NCBI RefSeq assembly: GCF_009914755.1
Contig: NC_060927.1
Length of the DNA stretch: 64,000 bases
Strand: one strand, 5' to 3'
DNA from: the human T2T-CHM13v2.0 reference genome, Homo sapiens
Shown: positions 28,451 through 41,949 of the stretch, piece by piece
Position numbering within the stretch: the stretch's first letter is position 1
Layout of the letters: every line of letters starts with the position of its first letter
Translations under genes and position numbers: made by a program
The notes under the pieces: generated by a model
What the model was told of the DNA's origin: nothing
The model's database searches: none
What the model saw: only the letters and a program-made list of their open reading frames with translations

Positions 28451-29098
28451 TGCAGAGGACCCTGTTGGTGCTCATCTGGATCCTCTCCCACCCCTTTCCC
28501 AGCCTTTGCACATTTTTCTGCTAAAAGCAGGTTCCTGTGACCTTCAGAGGATGGCCCTTGCGTTTTGGAACCTCCTTGTCCCTTGGAGTCAGGGATGTTT
28601 TATCACTGGCTTTCCTCCTCTGCAGTCTACCTACGGCTGAATGGCTTTCTGGTATATTCACGCAAAAGCCCAGCTTTGTTGACTCCATAGAGGCAGACTT
28701 TGAGGGATTGTAATATAAAAATTACAAAGTATTACTTAAAGTAGGAATTTAAGAAGGTCCTAAAAATGTTGGCTGAATGAATAAATAAATGTACACAATC
28801 AATTTTGGCCCATACTTTTGATATTTTTGGATATAATAAAACAGCCTCCACTCACCAGTAATATCTGTGCTCTTTAGGGACATTATGTCTGAAAACAATA
28901 TATGCTACTGCTCAATTGTAAAGTGCAGAGCTCCCAGCAGGATCTGAAGTCAGACCCTTCTTGGCTTCTTCTCCCTTTTCTGTTATCCTTCTGACAACAC
29001 TTTCTTACTGATTTCTTCTGAGAGCATTTTCTTAAAACATCATTGCACTCAAATCACTGGCTCAGGTTCTGCTTCCCGAAGAGCTTGTTTGTAGGACA
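28451..29098 (+). mobile_element. LTR16-family ERVL solo LTR interrupted by a foreign 229-bp segment
   Basis: caaaagcccagct...tgagg | cagagctccc...cttggcttctt...ctcaggttctgcttc...gaca. Confidence 0.75.
28701..28929 (+). repeat. Derived copy of 26433-26665
   Basis: About 18 substitutions plus a few indels by eye over ~220 aligned columns. Confidence 0.93.
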
Positions 29099-29224
29099 CC
29101 CGTACAATTACGAAAGGAAGTGACCGTGGACTCACACAGGGATTCTTTTATAATACCAAACACTAGGGTTTATAAAGAGGTTGAAACTCTCTTCTGCTTC
29201 AGTATTCTGTAACCACATGCCCTA

Positions 29225-29512
29225 TTTTTTTTTTTGAGACAGTTTCACTCTTGTCGCCTAGGCTGGAGTGCAATGGCGCAATCTCAGCTCATTGAAACGG
29301 CTGCCTCCCGGGTTCAAGCGATTCTCCTGCTTCAGCCTTCTGAATAGCTGGGACTACGGGCGTGCGCCACCCTATCTAATTTTTTTGTATTTAATAGAGA
29401 CGGGGTTTCACCCTGTTAGTTAGGGTGGTCTCAAACTCCTGACCTGAGGTGATCCATACACCTCGGCCTCCAAAAATGCTGGGATTACAGGCGTGTGCCA
29501 CCGCACCCGGCC
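29225..29512 (-). mobile_element. AluSq/Sp-like SINE
   Basis: gtttcactcttgtcgcc and gcaatggcgc diagnostics; TSD aaccacatgccctatttt / aaccacctgccctatttt. Confidence 0.95.
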
Positions 29513-30234
29513 AACCACCTGCCCTATTTTTGGCTCATAAAACCCACAAGTGTATTTGCATGAGGGACGTTAACAGATTCCCTATCATCTAGCTTATCTG
29601 TCAGGAATATATTGTAGTATCTATCTTTAAAGGGTCTAAATGGAATTTTTTTGCCACAAAAGCACTAAATTCTAGTCAACAACGTCCATTATTAAGAATT
29701 CCATAATATATTTACACCATATTCTCATGAATTCAATGTGTCTCATTCACTTGTTGAATAAGTGGACATTTATTTAAAATATTCAATATCCACTTATTCT
29801 AGGGAATTATTAATATTCATTTTATATGGATTTTAATCCTTTAATACAAGTGAAAGAAACAATAATGGTGCATATAAAATATGTACACTAAAATGATATC
29901 TGAGTTTTGTAAAAACACAAGGTTGAAAAATGGGAGGCTTGGCAGCCCATGTGACAATTCACTTGATCAAGGCTGTCTTGGAGCATGAATTTGCTTATGA
30001 GGCTTTAAAGTTATTTATCAACTTCTATGCTCAGTGGAATTAAAGAGAGTTACTGAAGCATCATAATTAGAAGACTAATAATTTGGAATAAGGTTTAAGC
30101 TTGTTTAAGCCAGTGAATATATACAGGTAAAGTTTACCTTTGCTATCATTAAGAGAGATACTAAATAATTGAGAGAGATATAATACAAGTTTTTCATCAT
30201 TTGAATGTAGGAAGAGCTTCTGATTCAGCCAACA

Positions 30235-30470
30235 GTAATTGAGATTCACTTATTTTCCAGGACCCATGGTAGTCACTTTGTGTACATTATCTTACTTATT
30301 CTTAACTACAACCTGTGAGACAGGTATTATTTTCTCTGTGTTGCAATGAAGGAAACAGTGTTGGAGAGGGAAATTGCCTCAAATCACATAGCAGTAACTA
30401 GCAGAGATGGGATTCATGTCTGGGTCTACGAGATTCAGTTTCTCTGCTTTTCAGCGTTACTCAACTGCTT
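30235..30470 (-). mobile_element. MIR SINE
   Basis: acaacctgtgagacaggtattatt...gaaggaaacagtg...gcagagatgggattc. Confidence 0.75.
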
Positions 30471-31129
30471 CAAAGATAAACTTGGTCTTCTACATGTCTA
30501 ATTGAGAAGGACAATGTTGCTAAGCAATTGAATTGGCCACCTATACCATGATCATTTTAAGCCTGATGTATTCCTGGGCAATTCATATTGATATTTAGAT
30601 TATTTTATCTTTTGATATTTTTATGCCAGGATGCTGTAAGAAAGGTTTTCCTATTTCTGAGTAATACTTGGTAGAGAAAATAAATCACAGGGTGGAAAGT
30701 ATTCATGCGCAACATTCTACTACTTATTCGTGGGAGAAGTGAAAAATACTGTCAGCCACTGACAAGCATCTGATTCCTCTTTCCGTGTTTATGTTGGTTT
30801 CATATCACTCAGAGAGGAAAAGTGCTTGCCTTTTGGTTTATGTTCACTGACAATGATATGTCCATGATGATTAATTACGCTGCTCTAATATTTTGTTGTG
30901 GTACTTACCTCTGTAGCTCCAACTCTGGAGCAAATAAATGTCTTATGTCTTGCTGTAGAAAAACAGTTAAACTTGTTTTCTTTTAAGCAAGTGATACATA
31001 GCTTGTATTGGATGCAGTATTTTAAAGACTAATTTGGAAGCTAGATTTCTATTTTTGAGGGGCTAGTGGTCCCTAATTTGAAGTTGAGACTATGGAACTA
31101 ACTGTTTTCATGGCCACATCTCAGATACT

Positions 31130-31900
31130 GCAGGTGTGAATTTAAAGGAATTTTAAGAAGTATTTGTAAGCCTTGAAAATGTTCATACCCTGTAGTTGAA
31201 CTTCTGTGAGTCTATCCTAACAAATTACCAGAGATGCGAAAAATAACTGAAGTACAAACATAATCATTTAAGGATTACATTATAGGGATAAAGTGGAATA
31301 TCCCAAGATCCAAGTCAAAAGGACAAATAAGTAAATCTTGAAATACCTATGACAGAATTCTGCACACCTTTTAAAGACCATGTTTACACCAGTTTTAATT
31401 TTATAAGAGTTCTTTATGATATAATGTTAAGTGTAAAAATAAGGATATGGACTTGTTAATGCAGTATCACCTGAAAAAAATACTTGTGAAAAGAAGGAAA
31501 TGTGTTAATATTAAATAGCCTCTATTTTTGGATAGGGGAACTATAGATAATTTTTGTTTTCCTTTCAAAATATTCTTGGCTGGGTGCAGTGGCTCACGCC
31601 TGTAATCCCAGCACTTTGGGAGGTGGAGGTGGGCAGATCGATTGATCCCAGGAGTTAGAGACCAGCCTGAGCAACGTTGTGAAACCCTGTCTCTACAAAA
31701 ATGAGCTGGGCTTGGTGACACATATCTGTAGTCCCAGCTACTCAGGAGGCTGAGGTGGGAGGATCACCTGAGTCTGGGGAAGGTCAAGGCTGCGTTGAGC
31801 TGTGATCGTGCCACTGCACTCCAGCGGGGGCGACAGAGTGAGATTGTCTCAATTTTTAAAATTCTCTGTTTTTCTGAGTTTTCAACAATATTCACATATT
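31130..31900 (+). mobile_element. L1ME-like 3' remnant
   Basis: tgttcataccc...tctatcctaa...atataatgttaagtgtaaaaa. Confidence 0.55.
31578..31851 (+). mobile_element. AluJ SINE with eroded tail
   Basis: ggctgggtgcagtggctcacgcc...ggtcaaggctgcgttgagctgtg. Confidence 0.93.
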
Positions 31901-32012
31901 TTAGCAGTATACATTTGTCACAAAATGTAGGCAAAGATTAGAGTCTTTTTAGAAAATTTATAATTTAAATTTTTTTGTCTAGCAAGATATGCACAACATT
32001 TTGATTCTAGAG

Positions 32013-32216
32013 CAAGAGTGCACAAATTACCCCCCTTTGGTCATATCTGGCCTGCTCCCTGTCTTTGTAAATAAAGTTTTATTGTAACATATCTATTATG
32101 CCCATTCATTTACCTATGTCTATGGCTGCTTTTGCATTCCAACAGCAGAGTTGAGTAGTTATAACTGTAAAGCCTAAAATATTTACTACTGGACCTTCCA
32201 GATTTCCCATCCCTTG
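32013..32216. mobile_element. MER58A hAT MITE
   Basis: tttgtaaataaagttttattg...tatggctgcttttgc...gcctaaaatatttact; 8-bp TSD ttctagag / ttctagta. Confidence 0.85.
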
Positions 32217-33828
32217 TTCTAGTAAGAAAACTATTTAAGTAAGTAAATATATACTTATATGATATCTAATTTTCTTTGAAAAATGGTCCAGTTTCATATA
32301 TGTATTCTGGAAGAAAATGCTTTTTCTTAAAAGCAATGGGAGAGGCTAGAGATAACTCTCAATTTGTACTATGTACACACTCATATTCACAGATAGACCT
32401 TGGTACTTGGTAAGCTCATGGTTTATCTATTCCTAAAATAATCTTTCCAAGACTAAGAACTTTGGAAAAATACTAAGTGGTTGGAACTAATGACAGAATT
32501 CCCTTTTAGATATTATACAGTGAAAAAAAATGAGGGTATTCTTTAATCTCTTCTCTCCAACCTTTGACTTTTTGTTGCCTATTTTTACATTTTCTGGGTG
32601 TAGAATATTCACATTCTGTTATATAACCACAATTCACCCTGTTTCCATGTTGCTTTTGAAAAATTGTGAAGCCAACCTCACTTAAATGTAAATATATTTA
32701 TTCTTGAATAACTTAAGAATTTTTCCCTTATGCTTAGGGTATAATATGTTAAACTAAGATAAAGTTGTGCTGAACATTTTGTGTCAAATTTCCACATAAT
32801 GAAGTGTGAACTCTTTTGTTCTGGAGTCAGGTCTCCATCTCCCCTTTCAGGGAAATTTTCATTATTGTTTTATACTTCTTGGGTTATATTTATTGATCCT
32901 TTAGGAACATCAATAATTTGGATTCTGATAACCAGCCAGTAAGTTGCATTCTTTGTCATTCTTCCTTATCTACTTGCTTTTCTCTAACTCTTTCAATTTT
33001 ATGGTCTTTCAAATCTGCATTTATTGCTGTTAAGCATTTCCTATTAATCAACATTTTACTTTTCAGTTATATATTTTCAGATTCATTTTGTTTATATAAT
33101 TCATTTATTGGTCCTGGAATGATAAGACTTTTTGTCTTCGATTTGTTTCCTGAGTCTGCATTTTCTTCTTCTTTTTGTTCTGTCACATGTCTCTTTGAAG
33201 TCTTGTTTTCATTGAGTCCAAGTCCTTATTATATTGTCCTGCAGTATAAAGCACTTGGAGAAATGTTTTCTACTTTGGAATATGTTCTCCTGTAGGTTAG
33301 GTGCCATTTTATTCATTCAGGTAGATAGATGGATGCATATGTATATATCCATATGTACAAGCACAATTTTTAAAGCTTCTTTCTTTTTTTTTTGATTTTT
33401 AGAGTGCTGGCTTTCCCTATTGACCTGCTGGGTTTCTAGATCTCGCATACCTTCTCTTTTCTGTAACATGGTATTGGTGATTTGTTTGCCTCTCAGTTCT
33501 GTGGCTCCATGGCCATTGTTCTGACTACTACATTTGTTATGTTTTAACTTTTGTTCTGTTTCTGGAGAAATGGTAATGGAGGGCATGGTATGGGGGGCAA
33601 GGGTGATGCTCTCAGCTCAGTTTCCACTCTGGGTTCTGAGATTCTGTTAAATATCCTATACTGGAGGTTACTAGACTTATTAAGAAAATATGCCCCAGCG
33701 TGAAGGCATTGCTCTCAGCCTTCAGAGCATTCCTCCAATTAAGAATTGAAGCTTTTCCTTTTCTTAGGATGTATCATCCCCAGCATCCATTTCTACCTCT
33801 ACTTAGCATAGGAAAATGGTAAGGTTAC

Positions 33829-34231
33829 TGATAATAGTTTGGATGTTTGTTCCTTCCATATCTCATGATGAAATGTAATCCCCAATGTTGGAGGTGGGGC
33901 CTGGTGGGAAGTGTTTGGGTGATGGGGGTGGATCCCTCATGAATGGCTTGGTGCTGTCCTCATGATAGTGAGTTCTTGCAAGATCTCATTGTTTAAAGTG
34001 CATAACACCTCCAGCTCCCTGTTGTTCCCGCTCTCACCATGTGATGTGCCTGCTTCCCCTTTGCCTTCTGCTATGATTGTAAGCTTCCTGAGGCCTCACT
34101 AGAAGTTGAGCAAATCCCAGCATCATGCTGCCTATACAACCTGTAGAACCATGAGCCAATTAAACTATTTTCAAAATAAATTACACAGCCTCAGCTAGTT
34201 ATTTATAGCAATGCAAGGATGGCCTAACACA
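33829..34231 (+). mobile_element. MSTB MaLR solo LTR
   Basis: gtaatccccaatgttggaggtggggcctgg...ggcctaacaca; TSD gttac / ggtac. Confidence 0.9.
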
Positions 34232-34784
34232 GGTACCTACAGAGTGGTTTGCTTCTCACCTGATTTGAGAATATTAGTGAAAGTTCTAGGAATTTTTTTT
34301 TCAACTATTCTGTGTGGGATTTGAGAGGACAATAAGTACAGGCACTGGCTTTGCTTTATTTCTTAGCTCTGCTCTAGAATTTTATATTTACCTGCATGCC
34401 AACTTATTTTAACTTCATGGCATTAGATTACTCCGTTCTCCTTGGTTATTTGTTACTGGGCAACTTTTTTGTGGGGACAGTGCTATTTTTTGCTCATCTG
34501 TTTAGATTTTGGAGAAGGAAGATTCTGTTACTAGTTGTCACTCTATTGTCTTTACTCAGAAGTTCTGTAGCTCTATGCTAATTGTGTATGGAGTTTTTTT
34601 TTTTTCTCATTTAAGTCTTTACCTTAGCGTCATTTTTCAAATAGTATGTTTTTATTATTTTGTTTCTTTTTAAAAATATCCTTTATTTTTTGGAATGGCT
34701 TTAGATTTTATAGAAAAAAGTGAAGATAATATGAGAGTTCCTATGTACCCTGTACCCATTTTTATTATATAAGATCAAGGGTTC

Positions 34785-35140
34785 TGCCTTAGTTCATTTA
34801 GACTACTATAACAAATTATTACAGACTGTGAGGGTTATAAGCAAGAGAAATGTATTTTTCACAGTATTTGAGAGTAGAAAGTCCAAGATCATGTTTCCAG
34901 TAGATTCAGTGTCTGGTGAGGGCCTGCTTACTGGTTCACAGATGGCTTTGTTCTGTGTCCTCACAGGATGGAAGGGGCAAGGGATCTCTCTGGGGTCTCT
35001 TTTATAAGGCTGCTAATCTCATTTATGAGAGTGCTACCTTCATGACCTCATCTCCTCCCAAATACTCTACCTCCTAGTACCAATGTCTTGGGGGTTAGAA
35101 ATTCAACATATGAATTTTCAGGAGCCATAAACAGTCTGTT
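34785..35140 (-). mobile_element. MLT1A0-like MaLR LTR
   Basis: agtccaagatc...gtgtctggtgagggcctgct...ttcaacatatgaatttt. Confidence 0.8.
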
Positions 35141-36213
35141 GTAGGTACATGCTAACAACATGAATTTTCACTGTTGATGTTGACTTGATGATGTGGGTGA
35201 GGTAGTGTCTGTCAGGTTTCTCCATTGGAAAATTACTCATTTTTTCCCTCTTCGTGCATTGTGCTCTTTGGAAGGAAATTACTACATGCAGCCCATAATG
35301 AGTGGGGAGTGATGTACCACTTCCTTGAGGGCAGATTATATACATAAATAATTTGGTATTCTTTTGCATGGGAGATTTTTCTTGTATCCCCAATTTATTT
35401 ATTGATTCAACCAATCATTTACATCGGTAAGGACTCATGGGCTTTTTATACCTTGGGTTATCATCCAATACTACCTGAATTATTTTGTTGCTGAAATTTC
35501 TCCAGTTTTGGCCACTAGGAGCTCTTTCAGCTGGCTCATGTGTCTCTTTGACATAAGCTCATCAATGTGCTTTTGTTTTCTAGTACTTCCTTATTGTATA
35601 TTTTCTGCCCCAGTAGTAGAATTCGTCATTTCTCCAAGGAGCTTTGGTTCCTTTTATCACAGAATGATATTAGAAACACAGAACTGGGCACTATATATGC
35701 TCATTGCTACTCAAGTATCAATGCTTCTGGACTTCCTTAGCTGATAGAGCAAAGAAACAAGTATGTGTATACTAACTTATGTATATACACATGTCTATAA
35801 ATATTCTTATATCTTTATGTATGTTAAGCTAAATATGGGTTCATGCTAACATCTGCAACTGTAATCCATTACCATATGGATTAGTCTAGTCTTCTCTCCA
35901 TGCATATCTATAATTTTTTACTCTACAGCAAGAAACCTGGCTCTCAACATTGGAGATCCAATTGCTTAATTGTTCAATTCCATTATATACTTCTAGTAAC
36001 ATGAGAATTTTTAACCCATACACCTATAGGAAATGCCTTTATCAGCTAGAGTACAGTGCTTCTGAATAGTTTCTTTTGCCTCTAGTTTTACAGATGCTGC
36101 TTATTGCCAGAGTGATTTAGTTATCAACATACCCCTCCACCCCCTATTTGGGGGGGTTATTTCATACATTTGTAATTAGATTAGATTCTTGTGTCACATT
36201 CTTTTTTTCATCT

Positions 36214-36669
36214 TGCTAGATGAAAAATATTCACTGGGAACATGTTAAAAATGGCAAGACAGATTTCATTCAAGACTATTGCAATAAAAGAGAGAGACTG
36301 AATTCAACTCTGAATAAAGCAGAGGCAACTGGGAATCTGCCAATGATCAGAGTGAGGAGGTCAATGGATAGAAAATTACTAAGAAGAACTGTATTAGAAA
36401 TATCAACGAGAGAGAAATTCTTGCCAATTGGCCTAATAGAATTCTTTTCTTACTGAAGGCAAGCCAAGGGCTTAGACATTGAGGGTTTGGGATAAATAAT
36501 TTAATCAAATATGAAGGGCGGGGAAATTCTTGCTAAACTGAATAAGCATGATTCTTTTCTAAAACTTGGCTAGTTAAGGATAGACATGAAAGGTCAAGGT
36601 TGAGGTCTAATCAAGAGGAAGCTTCAGAGGAGCCTGACTAAAGTTTGGTCAGGGAGGGAGACTTTGTTA
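36214..36669 (-). mobile_element. MER31 ERV1 solo LTR
   Basis: cagaggagcctgactaaagtttggtcaggga end; actattgcaata. Confidence 0.75.
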
Positions 36670-36683
36670 CCTCAATATTCTAA

Positions 36684-37178
<495 letters not shown>

Positions 37179-38489
37179 TGACTGATTTTTTAAGTGCTTC
37201 TACAGTTTGCCTCTTCCAGAATGCCATATAGTTTGAATCATACAGTATGTAGCTTTGTAAAACTGGTTCCTTTCACTTATTAATATGCATTTAAGATTTA
37301 TTCAAGCCTTTTTGTTTCTTGATAGCTTTATGTTTTTGATTCTTGGATAATATTCCTTTGTGTGGGTATATCACAGTTTGTCTATGCATTCACCTATTGA
37401 GTTGCTTCCAGTTTTGGGTGGTTATGAATAAAGCTTCTAGAAACATCGATGTGTAGATGTTTATATGCCCATAAGTTTTCAGATCAGTTGGGTAAACAGC
37501 TAGAAGTGCAGTTGCTAGATCTTGTATGGCAATAGTGTGTTTAACTTTGTTAGAAACTACTAAACTGTTTTCCAAAGTGGCTGTGCCATTTGGGATCCCC
37601 CCACCTCAGCAACAAATGAGAGTTTTCTTTGCTCCACGTCCCTCACCAGTATTTGATGTTGTCAATATTCTGGATTTTAGGCATTCTAATAGATAAGTAA
37701 TGGTATCTCATTGTTTTAATTTGCAGTTCTCTGATGACAAAATGATATTGAACATCTTTTCATATGCTTATTTGCCCTTTATATGTTTTTTTGTGTGTGT
37801 TTCTTCAGATCTGTTCCTCTTTTTTTAAATTATGTTTGTGTGAGTCTATTTCTGGGCCCTCGTTTATGTTCCATTGGTTTGTCTATTTTTTTACTGATAA
37901 CACACCACCTTGATTACTGTAACTTCATAATAAATTTTGAATTCAGGTAGTTTGAGTTTGCCAGCTACAGTAGAATCAGTTTGTTGATATCTACAAATAG
38001 TTTTCTGTGGTTTGACTGAGGTTGTATTAAATCTCTAAATCAAGTTGCGAATAATTGACATTGAGTATTCCAGTCCAGGAATGTGGAATATCTCTCCATC
38101 TATTTTAATCTTCTTTGATTTCTTTTATTTATTTGTTATGTTTTTTATTTTCTTTTATATTTTGTTAGATTGTACCTAAGTATTTTATTTTTGATTGGTA
38201 TTTTCAATGATATTATTTTATTTAAAATTATAATCGTTCACCAGCAGCATATAAAATGTTTGTATACTAACCTTGTATGTTGCAACTTTCCTATACTTGC
38301 TTATTAATTCCAGAAGTTTTTTTTTTTTTTGATTCCTTGTGATTTACTACATGGATAATAATGTCATTTGTGAAAAAAGATACTTTTATTACTTCCTTAC
38401 CTAGCTATATATATTTTACTTTCTTATCTATTACATTATATAGGACTTCTAGTATATTGAATAGTAGTTGTTAGGACAAATTTGCCTTG

Positions 38490-38836
38490 TGTTGAGGACT
38501 AAATGTATCCCCCCCAAATTCATATGTTGAAACCTAATTCCCAATGTGATGAAATTTATAAATGGGATCTTTGGGAGGTGCCTAAGTCATAAGGGTTGAC
38601 CCTCATAAATGGGATTAGTACCCTTATAAAACACCTCAGAGATCTCCCTCATCCCTTTTGCCATTTGAGGATATAGTAGGAAAACCACTGCCCATGAGCC
38701 AGGAAGCAGACTCTCACTAAACAGCAAATCTGCCAGTGCCTTGATCTTGAACTTCCCAGCCTCCAGAACTGTGAGAATTAAAGTTGTTGTTTATAAGCTA
38801 CTAGTCTATGATATTTTGTTACTGAAAATGAGTACA
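38490..38836 (+). mobile_element. MLT1A0 MaLR LTR
   Basis: cccaaattcatatgttgaaacctaa...ttgatcttgaacttcccagcctccagaactgtgaga. Confidence 0.85.
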
Positions 38837-39194
38837 TTGTTCCTAATCTTAGAGGAAAGTATTTCGTTTCTCACCGTTAACCATAATGTTAGCTGTCAGT
38901 TTTTTCTAGATGTGTTCTTTTTTAGATTGAGAAATATATTCCTCTGCTTATAATTTTCTGAGAAGTTTTCATAATGAATTGATATTGAATTTCATGAAAT
39001 TATTTTTCCATATCAATTTATATGATCATGTGACTTCCTTAGCTTGTTGATGTGGTGGGTTACACTGGTTGGTTTTTGAATGTTGCAGCATCCTTGCATG
39101 CCTCAGATAAATCCCACTTGGTCATTATCCATTGTTGGATTCCATTTCATGGTATTTTGTTGATAATTTTTGCATCTATGTTCATGAGAGATTT

Positions 39195-40290
39195 TTTCAA
39201 TTGATTATGGAGTTTCTAAATTGAGTTAATGAATGTATGCATCACATCACAAATCATTTTTTGTGGTTGAGAGCACTAAAAATCTATTCGCAATGATTTT
39301 CAAGAAACAATACGTTGTTATTAACTATAATCACTATTTGTAGAATAAATCTTATAACTTCCGTCTAACTAAAATTTTGTATCCTTTGACCAACATTTCC
39401 CCCTCCCTTCCCTCCCCTGTAGCCCCTGGTAACTGCCATTTTCTCTGCTTTGATGAGTTCAACTTTAAAAATAGTCCACATATAAGTGAGATAATGTAGT
39501 ATTTGTCTTTCTGCAACTGGCTTATTTCACTTAACATAATTCCCTATAGGTTCATTCATGTTGTAAATGACAGGATTTTCTTCTTTTTTAAGGCTCAATA
39601 GTACTTCATTGCACACGTATGCCACATTTTCTTTATCCATTCATCTATTGATGAACACTTAGGTTGATTCTGCATCTTGAGTACAATAATGCTGCAATGA
39701 ATATAGAAGTGCAGATACCGTTTTGACATGCTGATTTCATTTCCTTTGGATATATAACCAATACTGGGATTGCTGGATCATAAGGTATTTCTGTGTATAA
39801 TTTTTTTGTGGAATCTCCAAACTATTTTCCATGGTGGTTATACTAGTTTACATTACATTTCCACCAACAATGTGCAAGAGTTCCCTTTCCCCATATCCTC
39901 ATCAACACTTGCTATTTGTCATCATCTGGATAATAGTCATTCTAATAGGTATGAAGTAATATCTCATTGTGGTTTTAATTTGCATTTCCTTGATTAGTGA
40001 TGGCCATATTTTAATATACCTGCTGGCCATTTTCATGTCTTCTTTTGAGAAATGTCTATTCAAGTTGTTTGCCCATTTTAAAATCAGGTTGTTTTATTGC
40101 CATTGAGTTGTTTAAATTTCTTATATACTTTAGTGATAAGCCCCTTAGCAGATGTTTGGTTTGCAAATATTTTCTCCCATTCCATAGGTTGTCTCTTCAC
40201 TCTGTTGATTGTGCAGAAACACATTCTCTTCTTCACTGTGCAGAAACTTTTTATTTTGATATAATCTCATTTGTCCATTTTTGCTTTTGC
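39195..40290 (-). mobile_element. L1MA8/9-like 3' fragment
   Basis: ctaactaaaattttgtatcctttgaccaacatttccc; ORF 39352-39537 (MLSEISQLQKDKY) is L1 ORF2 end. Confidence 0.8.
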
Positions 40291-41949
40291 AGCCTGTGGC
40301 AGGAGAGATAACTAACCTGCAGTTTTCCCTTCTTATGGGAAGGGAAAACCTATATGTTTAATATGGTTTTGGTATTACAGGAATGTTCTTCTCATAGAAT
40401 GAGTCAGGTAATGTTCTCTTAAAAATTCTATTTTCTGGGTGAGATTATGAAGAATTAATACCATTACTTCCTTACATATGTGGTGGAATTCACCAATGAA
40501 TTCACTAGGCCTGATGCTTTGTTTTATTATTGTCTTATTTTATTTTCATAGATGCAATCATATTCAGGTTATCTATTTCTTCTTGTATGTTTTGGTAGTT
40601 TGTATCTTTCAAGTAATTTGTTCATTTTGTCTAAGTTATTACATTTGTGGCTACTGAATTTTTTATGGTATTTTTTGATTATCATTTTAATGTCCATAAG
40701 ATCAGTAGTGATAACCTCTTTCATTTTTCATATTGTTGTTTTGAATTCTCTCTCTTTTTCTTGGTTAGTTTGACTAGACGTATGTCAATTTTATTGGCCT
40801 TTTAGAAGAACAAGCTTTTGGTTTCATTGATATTTTTCTGTTTTTGGTTTTTTTTATTTCCAATCTAATTTTTATTATTTTCTTCCATTATTATTTTCTT
40901 CCATTTGCTTTATATTTAAATTGCTCGACTTTTTCTAGTTTTCTATGGTAGAAGGTGAGATTGTTGATTTTTATTATTCATCATTTTCTAATATGTGTAT
41001 TTAATGCTATAAATTTCTCTGTGAGCACATCTTCTGCTGTGTCCTACACATTTTAATAATATGAATTTTACTTTTATTTTTTAAATAACATTTTTAATTT
41101 TTTTGAGACTTCTTTGACCCATGCATTATTTAGAAGTGTGTTTAATCTCCAAAGAGTTGGCAATTATCCACCTCTCAGTTATTGATTTCCAGCTTAATGC
41201 CATTGTGGACTGAGAACACCCTTTGTATAATTTCTATTCCGTTCAATTTGCTTAGATATGTATTATGGTCCAGAATATGATTTTTTTTTGTAAATATTCC
41301 ATGTGTACCTGAGGAGAATGTGTATTCTGCTGTTGTTGAATGTAGTATTCTACAAATGTCAGTTAGATCAGGTTGAATAATAGTGTTGTTCAGGTCATTT
41401 TTATTCTTACTGATTTTCTGTCTGCTTGATCTATCAGTTACTAAAAGTGGGGTGTTGATATCTCCAGCTATACTAGTGGATTCATCTATTTCAACTTGTT
41501 CTATCAGTTTTTATCTCACATATTTTGATATTCTGTTGTTAGGGACATACACATTAAAAATCATCATGTCTTATTAGAGAATTGAGCCCTTTATCTTTAT
41601 GTAATGCCCACTTTATCTATGATAAGTCTACTTGGTTAGAGTTCTGTTATGTCTAAAATGAACTTAGTCCAAATTTCTTTTGATTAGTGCTAGCATAGTA
41701 TGTTTTTATCCATGCTGGTATTTTACCTGTAGTGCATAAACTCTTAACTTATTTGTAACTTTTTCTACTGCTTATATAATATTACATATATTTTATATAG
41801 AATGTTAAGAAACTGCAGAAAAACACAAAATTGTGCACAATTCATATGCATTATTTATAGCTAGACCTTGACTCTGAACTTATTCTTTCTCTTCTCTAAA
41901 AATAACAGTTTAAACACTTGTGTATTTGTAATTATAAACATTCTGTGCA

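Noticed and set aside
32918-33295. 125-aa Phe/Ser/Leu-rich ORF as a membrane protein
   Set aside because: Non-ATG start in T-rich, probably old antisense L1 sequence; composition artefact
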